Source: Octopus vulgaris (lineage: Eukaryota). Taken from it: DNA of 64,000 bases. Under the pieces are notes generated by a model. That model searched no databases. It saw nothing but the letters and a program-made list of their open reading frames with translations, and was not told the DNA's origin. The position numbers and the translations under genes are program-made. The DNA lies in contig OX597829.1 of assembly GCA_951406725.2 (NCBI GenBank), positions 19,344,001-19,408,000 on the forward strand, read 5' to 3'. This document shows positions 38,990-51,318 of this stretch, in pieces. The first letter of the stretch is position 1. Each line of letters begins with the position of its first letter.

Positions 38990-40230
38990 TCAAATTATTG
39001 GACCAGGTTATGGAAGCCACAGAGAGAGAGAGAGTTATCAGTTGATTGTTAACTTAGATGAGATACAGTTTGATTTTGTGCCAGGAAGAAATACTACTGA
39101 TGCCATCTTCTTAATAAGACAACTACATGAGAAGTTTTTAGCTAGATAAGTTGCTGTATGTAACATTCAATGATCAGGTGAAAGTCTTCAATAGAATCCT
39201 TTACTCTGCAATCTGGTGGCCACTGAGGAAGCTGGAAGTGGACAAAGGGCTCGTGAGTGTCTCATACAAACCATGCACAGGGTGCTGTCAGCATGTGAGA
39301 TTAACAATGAATACAGTGACAAATTTAGTGTGCAAGTAAGGGGTCTACTAGAGCTCAGTGCTTGGTCCTCTTCTAATTATCATTGTCATCCTTGCTAATA
39401 AATAGAGGAGTTTGAGACTGGGTACCCCAGGGAATCTTTATAAGCTGATGACCTTTCTTACAGTTGATCTATAGAAAAGAACATTCATTTGTGAAAGGAA
39501 AACAGACAGATCTCTGCTTCTATCAAGGAAATGGCTTTGCTCAATACATGTACCAAATGCTGATTCCACTGCACCTTTTGTGCAGTGGAAACACAGGCAG
39601 TTTAACACTGAGATGAGATGTAGATGCTCTCAGTTACCCACAAGGATCCCTAGACATAGTAGATAGTCTCTATAACATAGGTGAGCTAATTAGCTGTGAT
39701 GGAAGACAATTAGAAAGTAATAGTAACCAGAGTAAGAACAGGCTGGAGAAAGTTCAGGGTGCTATTATTTTTGTTGGCAATAAAAGGTTTTTAACTCTCA
39801 GAGTGAAAGGTAGATTGTATGGTGCTTGTACACAAATTGCAATTCTATATAGTAGTGAGATGAGGGCCCTGAATACAGAGAACCTGATAGAAAGAAATGA
39901 AGCAAGTGTGCTCTTTTCAATGTGTAATGTCAATGTTCATGAATGATGGAATACAAATGAGCAAATGTGTTAAGAGAAAAACTGTGCAGAAGAAGAATCA
40001 AATGAAATGTACTTGTTTGGCCATGTGATGCGTATGGATGAGGACAGTTGCATAAAGACGTGGCTATCACTTCTAGTAGACAGAACCTATGGAAAAGACT
40101 CTGGATGAGGTGGGAGGAAGTGGTGAAGGCTGACCTCATGATGTTGAGCAGCATGGGGGATGACAGGACCAAGATGATTGGCAGGTGAGATGACAAAGGA
40201 CTGAGACAAAATCCACTGCTTGAAAAAACC
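38990..40230 (+). mobile_element. Decayed RTE-like LINE RT and 3' end
   Basis: LDEIQFDFVPGRNTTDAIFLIRQLHEKF (RT QFGF..GRSTTDAIF motif), later FGHVMRMDEDSCIK. Confidence 0.85.
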
Positions 40231-40284
40231 TGCTCAGCAATGGTAGCACAGTATGACTGAAGTTCAGAAAGAATAAGGAGTATG

Positions 40285-40475
40285 TATAGTAATCCCTCGC
40301 CATATCACAGTTCACCTATCACACACTCAGTACATCGTGGATTTTTCTGGCAAATGTATGTAAATTTATATCATGGGGTTTCAGCGGCTAATAGGTATTT
40401 GTAATCTTTTAGATTTTAATTATTTCTGTGGGAGGTTTTGGAACATAACACCCATGATAGTCGAAGGATTACTGT
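40285..40475. mobile_element. Tigger/pogo-type MITE
   Basis: TATAGTAATCCCTCG...CGAAGGATTACTGTA terminal inverted repeats with TA flanks. Confidence 0.6.
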
Positions 40476-40959
40476 ACACAATTAAAATTGTGAACACACA
40501 GATGCACAATATAAACGTAACTGCCCCTTCCCCCTCCCCTAGCATCTTTGTCACATCTATTTTCCCCTCTCATCTAGACAACTGGATCCCCACCGGGCCC
40601 TTTGTCACCCACCTATCTATACTTACCCTCACTTTTTACTATTATCTACCCCATCTCAGTTTTATCCATAACTCACTCTCCCACAGCACTCTTACAGCCT
40701 TGAACCTCACCATTCATCTTCCATTAGAACGTATTACAAACCATTTCGCATCAGCTTTTCTGTACTGCCCATATCCATGCTCTCTCTCTCTCTCTTTCCC
40801 CTCTCTAAGCTACTCCCAATTAACATCTACCTGTCCATCATTCTTACCATCCCTCAATTCATGTTTATTATTGATCCCCCTCACCTACTCTTGTTTCACC
40901 ACTCACCACATTCATTTCCTCAATACATCTGACCATCACCTCAAACCATGTTTATATCC

Positions 40960-41690
40960 ATCTCTTTTGCAGAACTGCTAAGTTACGGGGATGTAAACAC
41001 ACCAGCATCAGTTGCCAAGTGATGTGAGGGGGGGGGCAAACACACACACACACACACACAAACATATACACACGCAAACATACATATTTATATATATATA
41101 TATATATATATACATACATATGTAGGATGGGCTTCTTTCTGTTTCCCTCTACCAAATCCACTCACAAGACGTTGGTCGGCCCAAGGCTATAGCAGAAGAC
41201 ACTTGGCCAATGAACCTGGAACCATGTGGTTGGTAAGCAAGCTGCTTACCACACAGCCACTCCTGCGCCTATATATGTATAGTATGTAATCATTATTTTA
41301 ATTCTTTTTCATTCTTTTACTCATTTCAGCCAGTTAACTGCTATGCTGGAGCACCACCTTAAAGAGTTTTAGTTGAACATATCGACCCCCACCCCCAGGA
41401 CTTATTCTTTGTAAGTATAGTACTTATTCTATCAGTTTGTTTTGCTGAACCACTAAGTTGCAGGAACATAAACACAACAACATTGGTTGTCAAGCAGTGA
41501 TGGGGAGGACAAATACAGACACACACACACAAAGATAAGCTACTTTCAGTTTCCATCTATCAAATCCACTCACTAGGCCTTGTTGACCCAAGGCTGTAAC
41601 AGAAAATACTTGCCCAAGGTGCCACACAGTGAGGCTGAACCTGAAACCATGTGATTGGGAAGCAAGCTTCTTAACCACACAGTCACACCT
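40960..41690 (-). mobile_element. Two family-A SINE copies
   Basis: Same head and body as 37470-37880. Confidence 0.75.
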
Positions 41691-42090
41691 GTATTAGTAT
41701 AGTGTATAATTATCACCATTATTTTAATGTTTACTTTTCCATGGTTGCATAGGCCACACAAGACTACATTAGGGTGGACTTTCTGCAGCTGAATATTTTC
41801 CCTGACACTAACTTCCACTTGTTTCTAAGCTATGTGACAATCTCCCCAACTTTTGAACCATGAACAGCTGAGGCAGGATTACAAGGGTAACTGGAAACAA
41901 ATCACACAACATGAATGAGCTGTTTGTTTACAAAGATTATGCAACATGTCAAGACATGTCCTGAAGCCCAGATATACTTTTATAGAGGACTACCAGCAAA
42001 TGGCATTGTTTGTATGGAGAAAATGAGGCTTTGTTGACAAATATCAAACTCTCACAAAGACAAAAGGAAATACAAACTCACTCACACATC

Positions 42091-42129
<39 letters not shown>

Positions 42130-44108
42130 GTGATGGGAGTTCTTCAGTTTCTGTTGACCAATCTCACTCACAAGGAATTGTAATATAGCAGAGGACACAA
42201 GCTGTCAGTGACAAAGCAGTAGGACTGAACCCCTAACTATATGATTCTGAAGTAGACTTCCTATCCACACAGCCATGACTGCACACACACAATTGAAGTG
42301 TGATGTAGAATCATGTGGTCATCACAGAAAGCTCCTCTAACAGATATGGCTAGCAGACCATTTAATAATCCAATTTGGAAAGCTATAATGCTGAGTTCTA
42401 TGTAGCTAAAATGCAGGAGATCTGATCAATGAAATTATTTCAAGGTGAGTATATAAACCATCATAAGTCAGAAGGTATGAGAGGTGAATGTATTTACTTA
42501 ATCACTTAGGATTATAACCATTTTGCAGCCTTCATTATATAAGAATTTCAGGGTGGAAGAATTGGTATAACCATGATACTCTAGTGATCTGATGAGCTAG
42601 CTAGCTTTCTTTATTTGCACCAATTTGTAAACATACAATTGCACTACATAATGCATAACAGGCACGTTAGTGCAGACATATAAAAATACTTTATTATACA
42701 AGGAAACTATTACCACATGAAGGCTGCGAAACAGCTGTAAACCTAAGGATCACAAGTGATTAAATAAATATATTCACCTCTCATACATTGACATTTTATG
42801 GTTTACATACACACACACAATCATCATCATTTAAAGTATGTTTTCCATGCTGGTATGAGATTCAATGAGTCAGAGGACTGAATCATATTCCAATGAGTGC
42901 TTTGGCATGGCTTCTGCAATTGGATGCCCTTCCTAACATCAAAAACTTTACAGAGTGTACCAAGTACATTTTTCATGGTACCAGCATTGGTGAAGTCAAC
43001 ATGTATCTCATAAGGATAAGACACCCTTCAACTGAGTAGGACTCTAGTAGACAGAGAGGAGAGACAATAGCAAGGTATTAGGATGAGATTCCAAAGTACA
43101 AGAGGGTGAACAGAAACTGGAAAGAATGGTGGATAGTGGTCACAGGTGTGTACAAGAAGAGTAAGTGGTAATTAGATACATTAAGAGTGGGGGAGAGTGA
43201 GGGATGATTAGAGATACATAGGGGTGGAAGAAGATGTAGAAAATAGTTCACAAGGGTAGAAGGATAACTGATGGTAAGTACAAACCGGAGGGAAGGTAAG
43301 AGAGAGTAGGTAATGATTGGCACAACGGAAAAGGTAAGAACAACAGAATAAGTAATAAAAGAAATAGAAGATAGCGGACAAAAAAGAGGCTTTGGTCAGT
43401 CTGGGACTATAGTAGGAGACATTTGCCCAAAGTGTCATACAGAGGGATTGAACAGGAGACCACACACAGTTGGGAAGCAAGACTTTTAACCACACAACCA
43501 TGTCTGCTGTATGCAGTAGATTAATGCAAAGTAGAAAATTTTCATTCACCCAAGCAATACCAGACAGGTACTGCTGGTTATGTGTGTTTCAGCATTCTCT
43601 TATCATCATCATCATCTCTGTTTAGCGTCCGCTTTCCATGCTAGCATGGGTTGGACGGTTCAACTGGGGTCTGGGAAGCCAGAAGGCTGCTCCAGGCCCA
43701 GTCTGATCTGGCAATGTTTCTACGGCTGGATGCCCTTCCTAACGCCAACCACTCCGTGGGTGTAGTGGGTGCTTTTTACATGCCAGACGAGGCTGACAAG
43801 CGGCCACGATCGGATGGTGCTTTTTATGTGCCACTGGCACGAGGCCAGTCGGGGTGGCGCTGGCAATGGCCACGTTCGGATGGTTCTCTTACGTACCACC
43901 GGCACTTTTTGTTTAACATATAGGCTACACAAAGAGCTACACTGCTGACCCTTAAAGGTATGAATTTACATCCTTACTACCATCATTTCACTGTGGATCA
44001 AGCTTTAATCTCCAACACACAACTGAGCTGTTATGATTAGAAAGTAACTGTGCAACACTCCATAGGCAAATTCTTAAATTCCCAGAACCATTCTAGTATA
44101 TTCTAGAT

Positions 44109-44515
44109 CAGGTCTGGCCAACTCGAATTACATTGTGGGTCACTTTAATCACAGAAAGTTTTTTGAGGGCCGCTTGTATACTGATGGATTTGAAAGCATT
44201 TTGCTTTTTACTCTCTCTTTACTCTTTTACTTGTTTCAGTCATTTGACTGCAGCCATGCTAGAGCACCACCTTTAATTTGCATTAATCTACTTTATTGCT
44301 ATTACTACAATAATGAATGAATGATCATTGATTCAACATGAAATATTATCGTCGCAAGAACAGTAGTATCTTTATTTTTTTACTTTTCATTTCAATCTCT
44401 AATTTTTGATAAAATTCTTTTAAATGTTTGTTTAAATAAAGCCATTTCAAGAAAGTATTAACTGGGCGGAAAGATAAAAGTCTGAAGGCCGTGGGCCCCA
44501 AGTTGGCCAGCCCTA
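44109..44515. mobile_element. hAT-type MITE with 8-bp target site duplication TTCTAGAT
   Basis: TIRs CAGGTCTGGCCAACT / AGTTGGCCAGCCCTA. TTCTAGAT at 44101-44108 and 44516-44523. A SINE tail is inserted inside. Confidence 0.8.
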
Positions 44516-44959
44516 TTCTAGATCAATAACAGCCATAATAGACTATCAAAGAAGCAAAATGGCCAGGTGAATATGTATTGGATTACAAATTCAAATCTCC
44601 TTCAGATATTTTATCATGGTAGAAAGCAATTCTAAATACTTCAGTTCCACTTAGCTTTGAGGAATAAACATCAAAGGAAAAGTTATCAGTGACAAAGCTA
44701 TCCTACCTAGCGCCAGACAATTTTTTTTCTTTTAACTTTACAGAAACCACCAGATCTATAGAGCTCTGTGGTTCTTGAAAGAATAATATCAGCTTCAAAT
44801 TTATTTTAAATTTATAAAACTCACTGAGTAACATGCTAAATATCAGCTGTGAAGATCAAAATACATGTGTGTGTGTGTGTGTGATATATATATATATCCA
44901 CACATACATACGCACACACATATATACACATACACACACACATATATATATACATATAT

Positions 44960-44990
<31 letters not shown>

Positions 44991-45267
44991 TATATATATA
45001 CACACACACACACATATATATATATACATATATAAGAGAGAGAGAGAGAGAGAGATACAGGTGTGGCAGTTTGGTTAAGAAGTTTTTCGAAGCAAGAAAA
45101 TGTAGATGTTAAAATGATGATGATGATGAAGACTGTCTACTTGTGGGACAAAAACTTATCTCAAAAATGTTTGTGAAGCAATTCTATTTTAATGGTGGAT
45201 GAAGTTCAACTTAACCCTTTATTTCTGAGTATATACACAAGCACAACTACATGTCTGTGTGTATTTA

Positions 45268-45308
<41 letters not shown>

Positions 45309-45336
45309 TTTATTTAAAGCAGCAGACAATTCAACA

Positions 45337-45382
45337 AAATCTGTTACTCTGAGTTTCTCGTTGCCATTCATCAGACAGTTTT
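45337..45382 (-). ncRNA. Minimal type I hammerhead ribozyme-like motif (PLE type)
   Basis: Minus strand AAAACUGU-CUGAUGA-aUG-GCAA-CGa-GAAAC-UCAGA-GUA-ACAGAUUUU: intact core, stem I CUGU/ACAG, near-palindromic stem III ACUC-A-GAGU. Confidence 0.6.
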
Positions 45383-46456
45383 TGTTAGAATGGAACCGAT
45401 ATATCAATTCAATCCAGACTCTTACAAACGCTACACCTTTAAAAAATGGACTTGTTTGATTGGCCCTTTAGAAATATATATATACACACTCATATTTTCA
45501 TACACACAAAAACACAATTGTGTGCAGATTTACATAAAAGGTCGCATATGAGCAACAAAATCAGCAGGAATAAGTAATGTTGCAAGGTTGCAAGAGAGTA
45601 GTGATGAGAGAGTGAAGGATGGACATAAATATGGGGCAGAAGTAGTCAAATGTGTACACGGTATGAATGTAGCGAATGATGAACAAGAGCAGGTGTAATC
45701 AATGGTAAATAAGAGTTGGTGAGGGTGTTTAATAAGAATGGCATAGCTTAGAAGAGAGTGAGTGGTGACTGGCAATAATTTTGTAGTAACAGGTTTTTAA
45801 TTTCATTAATTATAGCTGCAAATTAAAACAGTAGATAGGTGTGAAGTGCCCAAATGGTGGTTTTAATGGCAATAGGGATTAGAGTAGTGAATAGAACAGG
45901 GTTTGTCTTGTACATGTAAAAATGATGGAATGGATGGCTCCATGTTAAAAGCACCCAGTACACTCTGTAGTGGTTGGCATAAAGAGAGGCATCCAACCAA
46001 AGAAACTATGCCAAAACAGACAATGGAACTTGGTGTGGCCCCTGGCCTTACCAGCTCAGGTCAAACCATTCAACCAATGCCAACATGGAAAATAGATGTT
46101 AAATGGTGATGATGATGAATGATAGTTCCAGGATAGAGATCCAGTTGTTTGAATAGGGGGAGGGAAAGAGAAAAAAAACAGCTGTACACTTGATGAGGAA
46201 GGATAATACTTATGCGCAGGGTGTGCAAACACATTATACTTTCAGAACTTCATTTTTGTCATGCAAGCATAGCAGGTTGGATTTTCTTGACCACTGCATA
46301 TCACCAATCATAACTGCCTTTTTGTTGTGTTCTCTGTGAGGTTCAACATCCTGAGATCAACCTTCACTACTTCATCCAATATCTTCCTCGTTTCACAAGA
46401 TTCTAGCTTTAGCAATTGGCAATTCTTTGTACAATTTATGCATGTGCATGTGTGTG

Positions 46457-46517
<61 letters not shown>

Positions 46518-46782
46518 CATCATCATCATCATTTAACATCCACTTTTCATGCTGGCATGGGTTGGATGGGTTGACTGAAACTGGTATAGCTGGGGAGCTG
46601 CACCAGGTTCCAATCTGATTTGGCATTGTTTCTATTGCTAGATGCTCTTTCTAATGCCAACCACTCTAAGAGTGTAGAGGTTGCTTTTTACGTGTCACTG
46701 GCACAGGTGTCATTTACATATCAGCAACTTCCATGACTATGATTTCATGTAGATACACACACATTTATACACACACACATAC

Positions 46783-46823
<41 letters not shown>

Positions 46824-46834
46824 CATATATACAA

Positions 46835-47066
46835 GGGCGGCGAGCTGGCAGAAACGTTAGCACACCGGGCAAAATGCGTAGCCATATTTCGTCTCCCGCT
46901 ACGTTCTGAGTTCAAATTCCGCCGAGGTCGACTTTGCCTTTCATCCTTTCGGGGTCGATAAATTAAGTACCAGTTACGCACTGGGGTCGATGTAATCGAA
47001 TTAATCCGTATGTCTGTCCTTGTTTGTACCCTGGGTTTAGCCCCTTGTGGGTAGTAAAGAAATAGA
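46835..47066 (+). mobile_element. Young family-C tRNA-derived SINE
   Basis: GGCGGCGAGCTGGCAGAA (A-box-like)...GAGTTCAAATTCC (B box), central GCCTTTCATCCTTTCGGGGTCGATAAA...AGTACCAG. CpG-rich. A decayed minus-oriented relative lies at ~14730-14925. Confidence 0.8.
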
Positions 47067-47609
47067 TATATATACATACATACACACATATACATACACA
47101 TATATATACACACATACATACACACATATACACACACACACATATATATACACACATATATACACACACATATATATACATACATATATATATGCACATA
47201 TATATACGCACATATACACGCACGTATATATATATACACATATACACGCACGTATATATATATACACACACATATACACGCACGTATATATATATACACA
47301 CACATATACACGCACGTATATATATATACACACACATATACACATACATATATATATACACACATACATATATATATACACACACACATATATATACACA
47401 CATATATACACACACACATATATACACACATACATATATACACACACACACATATATATATACACACACACACATATATATATACACACACACACACATA
47501 TATATACACACACACACACATATATATACACACACACACACATATATATACACACACACACACATATATATACACACACACACACATATATATATACACA
47601 CACACACAC

Positions 47610-47658
<49 letters not shown>

Positions 47659-47895
47659 CACACACACACACATATATATATACACACACACACACACATA
47701 TATATATACACACACACACACATATATATATACACACACACACACATATATATATACACACACACACACATATATATACACACACACACACATATATATA
47801 TACACACACACACACATATATATATACACACACACACACATATATATATACACACACACACACATATATATATACACACACACACATATATATAT

Positions 47896-47956
<61 letters not shown>

Positions 47957-47970
47957 CACATATATATATT
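47067..47970. repeat. ~900-bp compound (TA)n(CA)n minisatellite
   Basis: Alternating TA and CA blocks. Explains the 270-427 aa artefactual ORFs. Confidence 0.95.
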
Positions 47971-48289
47971 ATATTCAGTGTACAGACCTACAGCTGCTGA
48001 ATGACCAGACACACACGAGTACAATGTGCATACACATACATATGTACTTACAACCATACATGTAACTCTCCCTCTCCCTCTCTCTACATATATATACACA
48101 CAATATTTAAACATAGTAAATATGGTAATAAAAAATAAATGGGTCACTGGTAATAATAATTTATTTAATATATACACACATGTAGACATGTACAGACACA
48201 TATATATTGAGATAAAGAAACTGAAATAAGACAGCTTATTTCTCATAGGGTATATTTGGATTTTTAAGTCAGATAATTTAAATCATTCA

Positions 48290-48331
<42 letters not shown>

Positions 48332-50178
48332 ACAATAATCTGGAAAAAAAAATCCTCAATATTGTTTTTGAAAACAACAATAAAAAAAAAATCATGCCTT
48401 GTAATTTTTTTCCATTTTCAGCACTGAACCAACTATAACTTGAATTTACTTATTTTCGATCTTTGAACGTAGGGCCTCATGGAGGAAATGGCTACTGACA
48501 GACCTTTTGGCAATATGCCATACTAGAAAAGACCCGTCAAGCCAAGTGAAATCATAGTGCCAGTGGCACGTAGAACGCAGCTTTTGAGTGTTAGGCCTCA
48601 TGGCAGCAAGGTGACCAATGCCAGTGGCATGTGAAAAGTACCTTTTGAATGTTGGGCCTCACGGAGGCAGATCAAGACCCTTGGCATTATGCTGTGCTTG
48701 AGAAGAAGACCCATAAAGCCAAGTGAAATAGTAGTCGTGGTAGATACTGGTGTCATACAAATAGTACCTGTGCTAGTGGCACCTAAAAGCACCCATTACA
48801 CTCTTGGAGTGGTTGGCATTAGGAAGAGCATCCAGCCATAGAACACCATGCCAAATCTGACAGGAGTCCGGTGCATCCTTCTAGCTTGCCAGCCCTGGTC
48901 AAACAATCCAACCCATGCCAGCATGGACCATGGACATTAAATAATGATGATGAGTTTGCTCTTCAAAATGGTCCTTAATTTTTTACACTCATCTATCATT
49001 TATGTAAGTGTTTATATGCAATTGTGTGTGTGTGTGTTACTGTATCTATAAAATTTGCATACTAATGATTAGTTCTAATGATTTTGGCAAGTTTCACTGT
49101 GTTTCTTCATACTTTGATGCATGAATTATCCCATGTGGACAGTTGTTTTGTTCTTTTATTCTTTTACATGTGACAGTCATTTGACTGCAGCCATGCTAGA
49201 GAACCACCTTAAAGGGTTTTAGTCAAAGAAATCGACCCCAGGACTTATTCTTTGTAAGCCTAGTACTCATTCTATTGGATCTCTTTTGCCAAAGAGCTAG
49301 GTTACAGGGAAGTCAACACACCAACATCAGTTGTCAAGCGATGGTGGGGGACAAACACAAACATGCGTGCGCGCACACACACACACACACATATATATAC
49401 AACAGGCTTCTTTCAATTTTTGTTGCAAGGCTTTGATCAGCCGAGGCTATAGCGGAAGACACTTGCTCAAGGTGCCACAGTGTATATATGTGTGCGTGCG
49501 TGTGTATAATTTAATAAACAGGATATAAATGAAAGCTACTATTTTTTTTACGTTTCTGATTACAGAATAGTCAATTGAGCTTGTATAGCATGCCATGTAC
49601 TATTAAGCATTCATTCAATAAACACATATATACATATTTGTACATATACACACATACACTTGTATATGTATACTTGACCCCACATTTCTTCGCCATGACA
49701 TCACCTGACCAGTTGTAACATTTGTGTACTAATCATTGTCACCATCATGCTTGCAGGAGTGAGACAATTTGTTGAGACTATTTCTCTTCTTTTCTTCAAC
49801 TCTCCCTCGTTTGCAGCAAGGTGTTGTTATCCCATGAATGACCAGAAACAAGGAACTTTGCTTGCATGGAAGTAACACTCTTTATAACTATCCCATGCAG
49901 TGAAGACAAGGAGGCACAAACACACACATTATATATATATATTATATATATATATATATATTACAAGGAAAACACACACACACAAAGATAAGGTAAAAAA
50001 CAAAAAAAGAAACAATGTGTATTAGGTTGACACTCAAGAAAACTGGAAGAAATCTAATGTTTCAAGCTCATGTTCTTCTACAGAGGGGAGGGATGAGGAA
50101 AGAGAAAACATAAAAAAAAAAGAACAAGCATGTTTCAATTAGACAGTCATGCATGCTATATGTATGTATAATATATAT

Positions 50179-50441
50179 AAAGCAAATAAGCAACAAGGAT
50201 GTCCAGATATCAGTGCATTACGGCTGTTTCAAGTGGCTCCATTTAATCAATCAAGGCAAACATTACATCAATTTGAAATAAACCACTCTCCTCCATTCTC
50301 ATATAGATTTCCAACCTACAGGATACTCTATTAAAATTTTTTAACAAATTGATGTAATGTTTGCATTGATCAATTAAATGGAACTACTTGAAACGGCCCT
50401 AATGCACTAATACCCGGACATCCTTGTTACTTATTTGCTTT
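50179..50441. repeat. Older fold-back element related to the 50657 family
   Basis: Arms 50179-50275 and 50345-50441 are inverted and share AAGCAACAAGGAT.TCCAGA and GCAAACATTACATCAATTT with 50701-50790. Confidence 0.8.
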
Positions 50442-50522
50442 TTATTCAACCAGCTACAAGCTGTGAGGACTGACTTGGTGCCTCAACTTAAGTACCTAAT
50501 TCAACTGAATCTTAATCATTTC

Positions 50523-50594
<72 letters not shown>

Positions 50595-50656
50595 AAGTTC
50601 ATTAAAATTTAGATTCAGATGAATATGGTACTAATTTTAAAGGCACCAGAATTTAG

Positions 50657-51318
50657 TATGGTATTATCCATATTATTCAAAATGGGGTGATTATAATCAA
50701 AACAAGCAACAAGGATATCCAGAGGTAATGCAGTACAATCGTTTCATGCAACTTCATTTAATTGAACAATGCAAACATTACATCAATTTAAAATGCAGAG
50801 CAAACTTCAGCTGCATAAAAATATAACTATACAAATGAATCCTTCGAATTTAACTAAATTCTATATTTTTATGCAGCTGAAGATTGCTCTACATTTTAAA
50901 TTGATGTAATATTTGCATTGTTCAATTAAATGGAGTTGCATGAAACAATCGTACCGCATTACCTCTGGATATCCTTGTATATGGTATTATCCATATTATT
51001 CAAAATGGGGTGATTATAATCAAAACAAGCAACAAGGATATCCAGAGGTAATGCGGTACGATTGTTTCATGCAACTCCATTTAATTGAACAATGCAAATA
51101 TTACATCAATTTAAAATGTAGAGCAATCTTCAGCTGCATAAAAATATAGAATTTAGTTAAATTCGAAGGATTCATTTGTATAGTTATATTTTTATGCAGC
51201 TGAAGTTTGCTCTGCATTTTAAATTGATGTAATGTTTGCATTGTTCAATTAAATGAAGTTGCATGAAACGATTGTACTGCATTACCTCTGGATATCCTTG
51301 TTGCTTATTTTGATTATA
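50657..51318. mobile_element. Tandem pair (period 323 bp) of palindromic elements in flip/flop configuration, with four hammerhead-like motifs
   Basis: Direct repeat starts at 50657 and 50980. 50692-50978 is the near-perfect reverse complement of 51032-51318. Motifs at 50871-50959(+), 51194-51282(+), 50728-50816(-) and 51051-51139(-). Confidence 0.8.

Noticed and set aside
40373-40981. 202-aa ORF
   Set aside because: Spans a MITE and a pyrimidine-rich low-complexity tract; no recognisable domain.
46745-48246. Long ORFs of 270-427 aa
   Set aside because: They are translations of (TA)n(CA)n repeats that lack stop codons; no protein signal.
50053-50086. Further hammerhead-like relic on the minus strand (CUGUAGAAGAAC...GCUUGAAACAUU)
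   Set aside because: Core and stems are too degenerate to support on their own.
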